Notes under the pieces: model-generated | Database searches by the model: none | Told to the model about the DNA's origin: nothing | The model's input: only the letters and a program-made list of their open reading frames with translations | DNA from: an uncultured Oscillospiraceae bacterium | GTDB taxonomy: Bacteria > Bacillota > Clostridia > UMGS1883 | Length of the DNA stretch: 40,727 bases | Direction: 5' to 3' | Assembly (NCBI GenBank): GCA_964537125.1 | Contig: CAZIBK010000002.1 | Span: 1 to 40,727 of the forward strand | Part shown: positions 1 through 8,514 of the stretch, piece after piece | Numbering within the stretch: the stretch's first letter is position 1 | Layout of the letters: every line of letters starts with the position of its first letter | Translations under genes and position numbers: made by a program

Positions 1-15
1 AAAGCCTTTCGATTT

Positions 16-2106
16 TCACCTCAGCAAAAATGCCGCGGCGCGCATTTCCTCCTCGGGTATATAATAAAGCGCTCCGTCCCTTATTTCAGCCTTAACCTCC
101 GCATCGCTGTATATTTTATCAATCCTTTGCGGGCAGCCCTCAGGCAAGGGTATTTCTATCCTTTCGGGAAGCTTTCCCCTGAAGGTATGTATCAGCACAA
201 ACGCTTCGCCGTTTTCGCCTGTGCGCAAAACGCCCTGCCATCCTTTAAGGATGCGCTCGCTCGTAATGTGCGGACCGTAACGGCGGGTATAGCCCTTCTT
301 TATAATCGGAGCTATTTCCTTGTAAAAGGCAATTCCTTCATCTATCACTCGCCACTGCTCGTCCGTCAGGCTTGTCACATCGCCCGAAAGGCACATTCTG
401 CCGAGGAAGGTGTTTGCCACAGAGTAGCAAATGCGCTTTAAGGAATCCTTCTGCCTTATCACAGCCCAAATCTGGCTCTGGCGAGGCAATATCATGCGGT
501 GAAGGTTTGCCGCAATCACAGGTATTTCCTCGCACTCGTGCGCGTCCGAGAAGGACGCCATAGAGCATATGCTCATCATGAGCGGCTCCGTTTTATGTCC
601 GCCCGAGGCGCAGTTTTCGACAATTATTCCCGGCACCTTGTCCTTTATCCGCCTTACAAAGTCAACCGACGCCTCCATATTGCGTCTCAGCCCTTCTCCG
701 AGGGATTCGCATCCGTCACAGCCTATGCCGATTGTGTCGTTGTAGTCCATTTTTATGTAGCCGAAGCCCTTGTCCTTTAAAAGACCTATCACCTTTTTCT
801 CCAAATAATCCCGCACCCAAGGGTCGTTCATATCCCAAAAGCGGCGGCTTTCCGTTTCAAGGGTATAACCGTCACGCTTTAAAAGATGCTCTGTGTTGTT
901 CCACGCATCCGCCGCCCTGCCAACATTGTCTATCTCAAACCATATTCCCGGCGCCATGCCGTTTTCCTTTATGAGCCTTACGGTTTCTTCAAGCCCCTTT
1001 GGGAACAAATCGCTTGAAATGTTGTAATCTCCCATACTTATATCCCACGGAACGCCCGTTTTTTTAAACCATCCGCAGTCTATGACGAAGTATTCAAAGC
1101 CCCTGCCCTTTATCGCCTCGACAATTTCCGCTATGTTCTCATGCGACGGGTTGCCCCATGTGGTGCAGTATTCGTTAAACATCACGGGAAGATGCTGCTC
1201 GCTTTTCGGTCCCTTGTCGGCATATTTCTGCCCCGCCTGCGTCAGGCGCTGCGATATATTGTCGATCCCGCCGCCCTTGCATACGCTCAGTATCGCCGTC
1301 GGCGTTTCAAATTCCTCTCCGGGCGCAAGCTCCTTCATCCAGTGCCCGAACTCCCTGTCAGCCAAACCGCCGTCCAAGTGAAGGCAGTCGTCCTGGCGGT
1401 AAAATTCCATCTGCCATGAGGCTTCGTGGGCAAGCTGCGCGCCCCAAAGCACTCCGCTCACCGTGTCCTCAACCGCCGCAAAAGGCATAAATTTCCTGCA
1501 CGGCATCGAACCTGCCTGCCCGAACCTTTCGACGCTCACCGACCATGTTGACCATGAGGGTTCAAGCTGCAAATCCTCCACCGTATCGGTAGTAAGCCTT
1601 GCCTCATGGCTCCACTTGCTTCTGAGGCGGTGTATCAAAAGCGCGTCGTGAGCCATCCCCTCGACAAAGGGCGTTATGTTTGACAGCTCAAAGCTTGACA
1701 AAAATTCCAGCGTCAGCATATTCTCCGACTCATTTTTCACCGTCGTTTTCACCTCAACGCTCGCATCGCTTTTCCACCATGTCGCAATGTGATGAAAAAC
1801 ATATCCTCTTTCATCCTCCGATTCGGTGTCAATAACCTTTTTATCTTCCGTTTCCCGAATCTCCTGCCCTTTGTATATGAGCCTGTTCGGGCTGTTGTGG
1901 AAGGTCACGCCGTTTGCGTACGCTCCGGGGCAGGTGTCGCCCAAGACCTTGTACTGTACAAGGCTGTTCACGCGGTATTGCTTGTTTTCCTTTTCCTCGC
2001 CGTCCATTTGCGAGGGAATCATTGAAAAGCCTACCTTTCCGCTCTCGTCCGTCTCGTACTTTAAAATCATGTCTCCGCATTCGATTTTTGAAATTATTTT
2101 CTTCAT
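16..2106 (-). CDS. alpha-galactosidase-like glycoside hydrolase (GH36 / clan GH-D)
   Basis: Intact 696-aa ORF with ATG at 2106. FVIDCGWF and YIKMDYN motifs resemble the conserved DDGWF and K-x-D-x-N catalytic regions of GH36 alpha-galactosidases. AAGGAG SD lies 7 nt upstream, and the start is only 11 nt downstream of the ABC gene stop. Confidence 0.75.
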   Translation of the reverse strand: MKKIISKIECGDMILKYETDESGKVGFSMIPSQMDGEEKENKQYRVNSLVQYKVLGDTCPGAYANGVTFHNSPNRLIYKGQEIRETEDKKVIDTESEDERGYVFHHIATWWKSDASVEVKTTVKNESENMLTLEFLSSFELSNITPFVEGMAHDALLIHRLRSKWSHEARLTTDTVEDLQLEPSWSTWSVSVERFGQAGSMPCRKFMPFAAVEDTVSGVLWGAQLAHEASWQMEFYRQDDCLHLDGGLADREFGHWMKELAPGEEFETPTAILSVCKGGGIDNISQRLTQAGQKYADKGPKSEQHLPVMFNEYCTTWGNPSHENIAEIVEAIKGRGFEYFVIDCGWFKKTGVPWDISMGDYNISSDLFPKGLEETVRLIKENGMAPGIWFEIDNVGRAADAWNNTEHLLKRDGYTLETESRRFWDMNDPWVRDYLEKKVIGLLKDKGFGYIKMDYNDTIGIGCDGCESLGEGLRRNMEASVDFVRRIKDKVPGIIVENCASGGHKTEPLMMSICSMASFSDAHECEEIPVIAANLHRMILPRQSQIWAVIRQKDSLKRICYSVANTFLGRMCLSGDVTSLTDEQWRVIDEGIAFYKEIAPIIKKGYTRRYGPHITSERILKGWQGVLRTGENGEAFVLIHTFRGKLPERIEIPLPEGCPQRIDKIYSDAEVKAEIRDGALYYIPEEEMRAAAFLLR

Positions 2107-2117
2107 AATCTAACTCC

Positions 2118-3854
2118 TTATTTATTTTGTCCCGCCAGATAAAGCTCTTCATAGAAGCCGTGCCGCGCCATCAGCGAAGCGTGATTGCCCTGCTCCACAA
2201 TATGCCCGTCGCGCATAACAAGGATTATGTCCGCCTCTCTTATTGTTGACAGCCTGTGCGCCACAATAAAGCTTGTCCTGCCCTCCATCAGAGCGGCAAA
2301 CGCCTTTTGTATGCGAATTTCCGTTCGCGTATCAATGCTGCTTGTCGCCTCGTCAAGTATAAGCATCGGCGGAAGCAGCAGCATGACGCGCGCTATACAC
2401 AAAAGCTGCTTCTGTCCCTGCGACAGCATACCGCTGCTTTCCGAAATTACCGTGTCATACCCTTTCGGCAGCCTTTTTATAAAGCTGTGGGCGTGGGCAG
2501 CCTTGGCGGCGCTTATAATTTCCTCCTCCGTTGCGTCCTCCTTGCCGAAGGCTATGTTTTCCTTCACGGTACCGTGCTTAAGCCACGTTTCCTGAAGCAC
2601 CATTCCGTAGCCCTCGCGCAGATTGTGCCTTGTCATATCCTTTACCGGCACACCCTCAAGGCGTATTTCTCCGCCGTCGGTATCGTAAAAGCGCATCAAA
2701 AGGTTTATAAGAGTTGTCTTTCCGCAGCCTGTCGGACCGACTATTGCCACCCTCTGCCCCTTTTCCACACTGAGCTTCAACCCTTCTATAAGCCTCTTAT
2801 CCTTGTCATACGAAAACGACACGTCCTCCAATTCAACTCTGCCGCGCTCCTCGCCGACATGAACAGCGTTTTCCGGATCCGCGCTTTGAGGCGGCTCTTC
2901 AATTATTTCTAAGATTCTTCCGGCGCACACAAGGGCATTTTGCAGCTCCGTTACAACGCCCGATATCTCATTAAAGGGCTTTGTGTACTGATTTGCGTAG
3001 CTTAAAAAGCTCGACAGCTGCCCGACCGTGATATTGCCGTTTACCGCGGCAAGCGCCCCCGTCAGCCCTACTCCCGTATAAACGAGGGAATTTACAAACC
3101 TCGTCGCGGGGTTTGTAGTCGATGAAAAGAACACCGCCCGAAGCGTTGCCGCGCTCAGTCTGTCGTTTATTTCGTCAAACCTTTCGGCGACCTCCTTTTC
3201 CTTTGAGAATGCCGCCACCACGTTCTTCCCCGCAATCATTTCATCAATAAACGCCGTCTCCTCGCCCTGGGTCTCCGAGCGCAGACGGAACATCGAATGT
3301 GTCATCTTCGCAATAAAGCCTGCCGCCACAAACGACACCGGCGTTACAAGCACCACCACAACCGTTATCTTCGGATTGATGTAAACCATGAACCCGAGGG
3401 TTCCCAAAATTGTCATAACGCCCGAGAAAAACTGTGTCAGTCCCATCAAAAGACCGTCCGCAAACTGATCGACGTCCGCTATTACCCTGCTCACAATATC
3501 GCCCGACGGATGCGAATCAAGGAATGAAAGCGGAAGCGACTGTATCTTTTTAAACGCCTCGCTCCTTATTTTTTTGACTATCGAATATGTCACGCGGTTA
3601 TTTACAACGCTCATGATCCACTGAACAAGGCTGTTGACAATCGTTGCCGCAGCTATTGTCACGATTATTTTCGCAAGGCTCTCAAAGACGACATTGCCCT
3701 CGCCTACCATGCAGTCCACCGCGCGCCCCGTAAGTATGGGAATATACAGCGTCAGCGCAACGCTTACAGCCGCAAAAAGTATTGAAAGGACGATATAGCG
3801 CCTGCTTCCCTTTAAGTATTTAAGAAGCTTTTTCATTATTTCGCCGTTTTTCAC
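2118..3854 (-). CDS. ABC exporter permease/ATPase fusion, subunit B of a heterodimer (canonical Walker B, non-canonical signature)
   Basis: N-terminal multi-TM domain plus NBD. Motifs: Walker A GPTGCGKTT, signature LSQGQKQ (Q replaces the usual G), Walker B LILDEAT, H-loop AHRLST. GTG start at 3854 is preceded by AAAGGAG at 9 nt and overlaps the upstream stop (GTGA). Confidence 0.9.
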   Translation of the reverse strand: MKNGEIMKKLLKYLKGSRRYIVLSILFAAVSVALTLYIPILTGRAVDCMVGEGNVVFESLAKIIVTIAAATIVNSLVQWIMSVVNNRVTYSIVKKIRSEAFKKIQSLPLSFLDSHPSGDIVSRVIADVDQFADGLLMGLTQFFSGVMTILGTLGFMVYINPKITVVVVLVTPVSFVAAGFIAKMTHSMFRLRSETQGEETAFIDEMIAGKNVVAAFSKEKEVAERFDEINDRLSAATLRAVFFSSTTNPATRFVNSLVYTGVGLTGALAAVNGNITVGQLSSFLSYANQYTKPFNEISGVVTELQNALVCAGRILEIIEEPPQSADPENAVHVGEERGRVELEDVSFSYDKDKRLIEGLKLSVEKGQRVAIVGPTGCGKTTLINLLMRFYDTDGGEIRLEGVPVKDMTRHNLREGYGMVLQETWLKHGTVKENIAFGKEDATEEEIISAAKAAHAHSFIKRLPKGYDTVISESSGMLSQGQKQLLCIARVMLLLPPMLILDEATSSIDTRTEIRIQKAFAALMEGRTSFIVAHRLSTIREADIILVMRDGHIVEQGNHASLMARHGFYEELYLAGQNK

Positions 3855-5566
3855 GCCTGCTCGCTCCTTTCGTACTGAGAATAGTATATTTCCTCATAAA
3901 CCGGGCAGCCCTTGATAAGCTCCTCGTGTGTGCCGATTCCGACCGCTTCGCCGTCCTCAAGCACGATTATAAAATCGCAGCTCACAACGCAGGACGCCCT
4001 TTGGGAAACTATAAACGTCGTAATCCCAAGCCCGGCTATCGCCCTCCTGAGATTTTTGTCCGTTCGGTAATCAAGTGCAGAGCCGCTGTCGTCAAGTATC
4101 AATACATCGGGCTTTGCCGCAATGGCGCGCGCTATTGTGAGCCGCTGCCGCTGTCCGCCCGAAAGGTTTTTGCCGTTTTGCGCAACAGCTCCGTCAAGCC
4201 CGCCCTTTGCCTTTACAATATCCTCCGCCTGCGCGGTCTTTATTGCCCTCATAAGGTTTTCCTCCGAAGCGTCCTCCGCCCCGAACGATACGTTTGAGCG
4301 TATCGTTCCCTTGAAAAGCTGCGCCTTTTGCGGCACAACGGCAATCCTCCTGCGAAGAGCCTGTGTGTCATATGATTTCACATTTTTTCCGTCAACATAT
4401 ACTCCGCCCTCAGTCGCGTCATAAAAACGGGGGATGAGGTTTACAAGCGAGCTTTTTCCCGAGCCTGTCACGCCTATAACGCCGACGCTCTGTCCCTTTT
4501 TGACCTTAAAGGAAATGCCCGAGAGCGAGCTTGCTCCCGCGCCCCTGTAGGTGAGGGACACTCCGTCAAACTCAACCGCGCAGCCCTCGCGGCTTTCGCC
4601 CTCTTCCGTCTTCATTCCCGTTTCAAGCTCAAGGATATCCGCAACCCTGTTTCCGCAGGCAACAGCCTTTGTCACAGTTATTATAAGGTTCGCAAGCTTC
4701 ACAAGCTCCACCAGTATCTGCGACATATAGTTTATCAGCGCAACGACCTCGCCCTGACTGAGCGACCCCGTATTCACCCTTACCGCGCCTGTGTAAAGTA
4801 TATAAATTATCGACAGATTCACCGCAATATAAGTCAGCGGATTCATAAGCGCCGATATTTTCCCCGCGAAAACCTGACGCTCCATAAGCTCTCCGTTGTC
4901 CTTTTCAAAGCGCTTTGTCTCCTTGTCCTCGGCGAGGAAGGCGCGTATCACTCTCACGCCCGCAAGGTTTTCGCGCGTTATCTCAAGAACGCTGTCAAGC
5001 TTTGACTGCACCTTTTTGTACAAAGGAGCGCCGCCGAGCATAATCGCAAATACTATAACCGACAAAACCGGTATAGTCGCCGCGAAAATAAGCGCCGATT
5101 CGGCGTCTACAAAAAACGCCATTATCGCCGCGCCGAAAACTATGAAGGGTGAGCGCAGGAAAAGCCTCAATACAAGATTAACTCCGTTTTGCAGCTGATT
5201 TATATCGCTTGTCAGCCTTGTTATCATTGTAGACTGCCCTATCCCGTCCGCCTCTTCAAAGGACAGTGCCTGTATGTGCCTGAAAAGAGCCGAGCGCAGC
5301 TTTCCCGAAAAGCCTACGGCGGCGCACGCCGCAAAATACTGCGCCGTTATGGAGCACACAAGCCCTATTATTCCGAGAACGACCATTAACACACACATTT
5401 TTATTATCCACTCTCTGTCGCCCCCGGGAACATTTATGCCTTTATCGATTATGCTTGCCATAACAAGAGGCACAAACAGCTCAAACAGCGCCTCCAGCAG
5501 CTTAAAGAGCGGGCCCAATACGCATTGCTTTTTATAGTCCTTTAAATAAATGAGCAGCTTTCTCAC
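3851..5566 (-). CDS. ABC exporter permease/ATPase fusion, subunit A of a heterodimer (degenerate catalytic residues)
   Basis: Motifs: Walker A GVTGSGKSS, signature LSGGQRQR, Walker B LILDD (Asp where the catalytic Glu is expected), and SQR at the H-loop position (Gln instead of His). The ORF-track ATG at 5656 lies upstream of the predicted promoter. GTG at 5566 has a GGAAGGG SD 7 nt upstream, so I call the shorter form. Confidence 0.85.
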   Translation of the reverse strand: MRKLLIYLKDYKKQCVLGPLFKLLEALFELFVPLVMASIIDKGINVPGGDREWIIKMCVLMVVLGIIGLVCSITAQYFAACAAVGFSGKLRSALFRHIQALSFEEADGIGQSTMITRLTSDINQLQNGVNLVLRLFLRSPFIVFGAAIMAFFVDAESALIFAATIPVLSVIVFAIMLGGAPLYKKVQSKLDSVLEITRENLAGVRVIRAFLAEDKETKRFEKDNGELMERQVFAGKISALMNPLTYIAVNLSIIYILYTGAVRVNTGSLSQGEVVALINYMSQILVELVKLANLIITVTKAVACGNRVADILELETGMKTEEGESREGCAVEFDGVSLTYRGAGASSLSGISFKVKKGQSVGVIGVTGSGKSSLVNLIPRFYDATEGGVYVDGKNVKSYDTQALRRRIAVVPQKAQLFKGTIRSNVSFGAEDASEENLMRAIKTAQAEDIVKAKGGLDGAVAQNGKNLSGGQRQRLTIARAIAAKPDVLILDDSGSALDYRTDKNLRRAIAGLGITTFIVSQRASCVVSCDFIIVLEDGEAVGIGTHEELIKGCPVYEEIYYSQYERSEQA

Positions 5567-5600
5567 TCTATCGCCCTTCCTTTGTGTATATTCTTTGTTT

Positions 5601-5629
5601 ATTATATTATTATTCGGCTTTAAGGTCAA
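5601..5629 (-). promoter_or_regulatory. sigma-A type promoter for the ABC-ABC-GH36 operon
   Basis: On the minus strand: TTGACC (5629..5624), 17-nt spacer, TATAAT (5606..5601). It sits about 35 nt upstream of the GTG at 5566. Confidence 0.6.
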
Positions 5630-5638
5630 GATTTTGTA

Positions 5639-5667
5639 TTGACAAAAATGTCTCATAGTGTTATCAT
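5639..5667 (+). promoter_or_regulatory. sigma-A type promoter for the THF riboswitch-folT transcript
   Basis: TTGACA (5639..5644), 17-nt spacer, TATCAT (5662..5667). This places the TSS about 5-7 nt before the P1 helix of the riboswitch. Confidence 0.6.
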
Positions 5668-5672
5668 TTTCT

Positions 5673-5772
5673 CAGCAAAGTAGGACAAATTGCGTTAAGT
5701 GGGATGAGAACGGGAAGTTGTCTCATTCACGAAGGCTTTCAGCCGCGGTTTTTTGTCCGCATTCCGTTGCTG
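5673..5772 (+). promoter_or_regulatory. THF (tetrahydrofolate) riboswitch aptamer, folT motif
   Basis: Closing helix CAGCAA (5673-5678) / UUGCUG (5767-5772). Second helix GGACAAA / UUUGUCC. Conserved blocks AGUAG, GCGUUAAGUG, GGGAAG loop, ACGAAG, GCGG and GCAUUCCG occur in the same order as in the Eubacterium siraeum folT aptamer as I recall it. It lies directly upstream of a folate ECF S-component gene. Confidence 0.85.
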
Positions 5773-5792
5773 CAAACTAAGAATATTTCACA

Positions 5793-5828
5793 CACTCTTT
5801 CTTTGTAGCATTATAAAAAGAAGGGGTG
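5793..5828 (+). promoter_or_regulatory. SD-sequestering hairpin (putative riboswitch expression platform)
   Basis: CACUCUUUCUU (5793-5803) pairs over 11 consecutive positions (2 G-U) with AAGAAGGGGUG (5818-5828). The latter contains the folT Shine-Dalgarno, 7 nt before the ATG at 5836. The loop is 14 nt. Confidence 0.55.
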
Positions 5829-5835
5829 TTTTTTA

Positions 5836-6429
5836 ATGAAAAAATTGTGTGAATTTTTAGGCGTCCGCCGTCTTTCCGTCAGGGAAATGTGCACTCTCGG
5901 ACTTCTTATCGCTGTCACGATAGTTCTCTCAATGTATGCGACGCTTCGCATAGGCAATTACATCAAGGTTTCCTTAAAGTTTATCCCCGTTTTCATCACA
6001 GGCGCTCTTTTCGGGCCTGTCCCCGCAGGGCTTGTGGGCTTTTTGGGTGACCTTCTCAACACGTTTATTCAGCCTGCGGGACCCTGGCTTCCGCAGCTGA
6101 GTCTTATCGAGTTTCTCTTCGGCGTGACATACGGAGTGTGCTTCTATAGGCATATCACCATGTCCCCGTCCTACATCGTCCGCCTTGTTATTTGCGTTAT
6201 AATTCAATTTTTGCTGAGCATAGTCCTCAACACATTCTTTCTCGTTCAGATGAACTATGTTCCTGCGTTTACCGCCGCAATCGACGCAGGTCTTACATAT
6301 TGGCAGAGCTTTGCGGCGGCAATGGCGTCGAGGCTCCCCGTATCTCTTGCAAAGCTTGTGCTGCAAAGCATTGTAATTGCCGTAAGCGCCGCTTATCTTC
6401 CCATATTTAATAAAATAATCCGCAAGTAA
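5836..6429 (+). CDS. folT: folate-family ECF transporter S component
   Basis: 197-aa polytopic membrane protein. The segment FIPVFITGALFGPVPAGLVGFLGDLLN is typical of FolT-type S components. It is preceded by a THF riboswitch and followed by an intrinsic terminator. Confidence 0.85.
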   Translation: MKKLCEFLGVRRLSVREMCTLGLLIAVTIVLSMYATLRIGNYIKVSLKFIPVFITGALFGPVPAGLVGFLGDLLNTFIQPAGPWLPQLSLIEFLFGVTYGVCFYRHITMSPSYIVRLVICVIIQFLLSIVLNTFFLVQMNYVPAFTAAIDAGLTYWQSFAAAMASRLPVSLAKLVLQSIVIAVSAAYLPIFNKIIRK

Positions 6430-6467
6430 AAAACAGCCTCGATTGGCTTATCAATCGAGGCTGTTTT
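6430..6467 (+). terminator. rho-independent terminator of folT
   Basis: 16-bp perfect stem AAAACAGCCUCGAUUG / CAAUCGAGGCUGUUUU with a 6-nt loop. The 3' arm runs into a U tract (UUUUACUU). Confidence 0.85.
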
Positions 6468-6539
6468 ACTTACGGATTTATTCAACGCTCCGTTAAGTTC
6501 GGTTCGGTTTTATGTTGCTTCCTTTTTCTTCTGACTACA

Positions 6540-6548
6540 TGCTATAAT
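6540..6548 (+). promoter_or_regulatory. extended -10 promoter element (TGcTATAAT) upstream of the XRE-family regulator
   Basis: TG-n-TATAAT at 6540..6548, 31 nt upstream of the ATG at 6580, which has an AGGAGG SD. No good -35 is present, as is tolerated by extended -10 promoters. Confidence 0.5.
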
Positions 6549-6579
6549 AGTACCAAACAGCAATTTTAGGAGGTCAAAT

Positions 6580-7635
6580 ATGGAATCCATTGGACAAACC
6601 ATTAAAAAGCTACGCAAAGAACGAAATTTAACTCAGGAAGAACTTTCCGAACGACTCGGTGTGACACCGCAGGCTGTCTCCAAATGGGAGAATAACGCGG
6701 GAATGCCGGACATTTCACAGGTCATACCGTTAGCATCGGCACTTGATGTCCCGACCGACGTGTTGTTCGGATTAAAAAACGGAGGTGCAGATGCCGCCAT
6801 AGCAGAAGTAAAAAAATCATCCGCTTATTCTGAAACCGACAACAATAAACGTATTGAATTATGGTCAGATCTTCTGAGACATTACCCCTGCAACAATAAA
6901 TGCCGCTTCTTCCTTGCACACGCCTATCTCTGCCGTCAGCAAGACGGCGATTTTGCCACGGCAGCAGAACTTTATGAAAAAATACTTGCCGAAAGTACCG
7001 ATTCAAAATTACGTCTCAAAACGCTCGGTCTGCTTTGTTTCAGTTATAATCGTATGGGGGACACGGCGAATGCTGTTCGTGTCGCAAAACTTTGCGGACC
7101 GTCTCATATAACGGCGGACAGTCTTTTAGCGAAAATCGACGGTTACGAAAAGCATAATGAGTGCAATCAAAATCTGCTTGCTTACTCTGTTGAAGAGTCA
7201 GCGTGGTGTCTGTTCAGGCAAACTTATAAAACCGATGCCGACGCTATTTTCGCTTACCGCACAGCTCTTTCGATTCTCGATTTAATTTACTACACCGGCG
7301 ACAAATCAAGGGTATCTACCGTTTATGCGGAAATCAGAGCCGAACTATGTAAGCTGCTTGCCAAAGCCGAAGAATATGATGCCTTATATTCCGAACTCGA
7401 ACGCTGGCTTAAAGATACCGCGAATTTTCTCCATTTTAAGAACTGCCGCTATCCAAACAACATTTTTTTAAAACAGAATCGCGGCAAAATATCTCAGCCC
7501 GAACGCGAACTTGAATACATTTTGCATTGCCTTTCCCTCTCGGAATATGATAATGTGCGCCACAGTGAGCATTTTAAGGCTTTTCTGACCAAGGTACAAA
7601 ATATGTCGTCTGAGCTAAATTCGTCTTTATCGTAA
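6580..7635 (+). CDS. XRE-family HTH transcriptional regulator with a large C-terminal all-helical, TPR-like domain
   Basis: The N-terminus IKKLRKERNLTQEELSERLGVTPQAVSKWENNAGMPDISQVIPLASALDVPTDVLF is a textbook Cro/C1 HTH_3 domain. The remaining ~280 aa are helix-repeat-like (e.g. AAELYEKILAES..., AVRVAKLC...). Strong AGGAGG SD. The gene looks visibly AT-richer than its neighbours. Confidence 0.8.
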   Translation: MESIGQTIKKLRKERNLTQEELSERLGVTPQAVSKWENNAGMPDISQVIPLASALDVPTDVLFGLKNGGADAAIAEVKKSSAYSETDNNKRIELWSDLLRHYPCNNKCRFFLAHAYLCRQQDGDFATAAELYEKILAESTDSKLRLKTLGLLCFSYNRMGDTANAVRVAKLCGPSHITADSLLAKIDGYEKHNECNQNLLAYSVEESAWCLFRQTYKTDADAIFAYRTALSILDLIYYTGDKSRVSTVYAEIRAELCKLLAKAEEYDALYSELERWLKDTANFLHFKNCRYPNNIFLKQNRGKISQPERELEYILHCLSLSEYDNVRHSEHFKAFLTKVQNMSSELNSSLS

Positions 7636-7647
7636 CCCGCTTGCCTT

Positions 7648-8511
7648 TTATTCCGCGCTTTCAGCCATTTTTATAAGATCTTCCTCCGTAATGTTTCCCT
7701 TTCCGTATATTCCTACCGACACGTCATCTTCGGTTTCCAGATTAATATCGGTTCCGTCCATAATAACGGCGTTTCTTCCGTTAATCGTTATCTCTTTAAG
7801 ATCTCCGCTTGTTCCGGTTTCAAACGCCGTTTCCTCATTTATAAGGCGCTCATAAACGTATATCTCCTTGTCGCCGTTTGCGTAAACAAAGTTGACATAC
7901 TCTCCGCTGACCGAGCCGTCGTCATCCTTGAAGGCATATACTCTCTTAAGCGAATACCCCTCCGGCAGATACGAAGGAACCTTTAAGTCAAATACCGCCG
8001 TCTCCTGCGCCTCATCTATTGAAGCAAAGGTCATTTGCGAATCCTCGGGGTCGTAATCCTCGTTTGAAGATACTTTCACTTCACCGCCGTATGCTTCCTC
8101 AACAAGCCTTGCCCAGCTTTCCTTGTTCAGCGCATTGCCGTCCTTGTCGTAATAATCTCCGATGTTTATATTTTCCGTCATGTATTTCACTTCGTTTCCG
8201 TTTTCGTCAAATACCAGCCCTGCCATCTCGCTCGGCAGCTCATGCGGCGCTTCGGGGTCTATCAGGAAAAACACATTGTGTCCCGTTGTTACAGACTTTA
8301 TTATATCGCCTACATATCCGCTTGCCAGCGCCGTTCCCGCAACCGCTATCACCGCCGCGCACACCGCTGCGGCAAATACCTTTTTTGTGCTTACGTTCTT
8401 TTTTGTTATTTTCTTTTTCATACTCAATATCTCCTTCTCGCTTACTTCCTCTTCCTCATACTTGCCAAAATCCGTTTTTGTGTCATTTAAGTAATCAAAC
8501 GCGTTTTTCAT
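7648..8511 (-). CDS. putative single-pass anti-sigma factor (DUF4179-like N-terminus, DUF4367-like extracytoplasmic domain)
   Basis: Short cytoplasmic N-terminus (FDYLNDTKTDFGKYEEEEVSEKEILSMKKKITKK), one TM (VFAAAVCAAVIAVAGTALA) and a C-terminal domain with DLKVPSYLPEGYSL. The start is 3 nt after the sigma gene stop, with a GAGGG SD inside the sigma gene's 3' end. Confidence 0.6.
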   Translation of the reverse strand: MKNAFDYLNDTKTDFGKYEEEEVSEKEILSMKKKITKKNVSTKKVFAAAVCAAVIAVAGTALASGYVGDIIKSVTTGHNVFFLIDPEAPHELPSEMAGLVFDENGNEVKYMTENINIGDYYDKDGNALNKESWARLVEEAYGGEVKVSSNEDYDPEDSQMTFASIDEAQETAVFDLKVPSYLPEGYSLKRVYAFKDDDGSVSGEYVNFVYANGDKEIYVYERLINEETAFETGTSGDLKEITINGRNAVIMDGTDINLETEDDVSVGIYGKGNITEEDLIKMAESAE

Positions 8512-8514
8512 CCG

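Noticed and set aside
5567-5656. ATG at 5656 as the start of the first ABC gene (30-aa N-terminal extension MRHFCQYKILTLKPNNNIINKEYTQRKGDR)
   Set aside because: The extension covers the TTGACC-17-TATAAT promoter and AT-rich leader. GTG 5566 has a proper SD and gives a normal ABC N-terminus.
6512-6547. 11-aa ORF (MLLPFSSDYML) upstream of the XRE/TPR regulator as a possible signalling pro-peptide
   Set aside because: It has no SD, overlaps the -10 element of the regulator promoter, and has no signal-peptide-like region. It is too weak to call.
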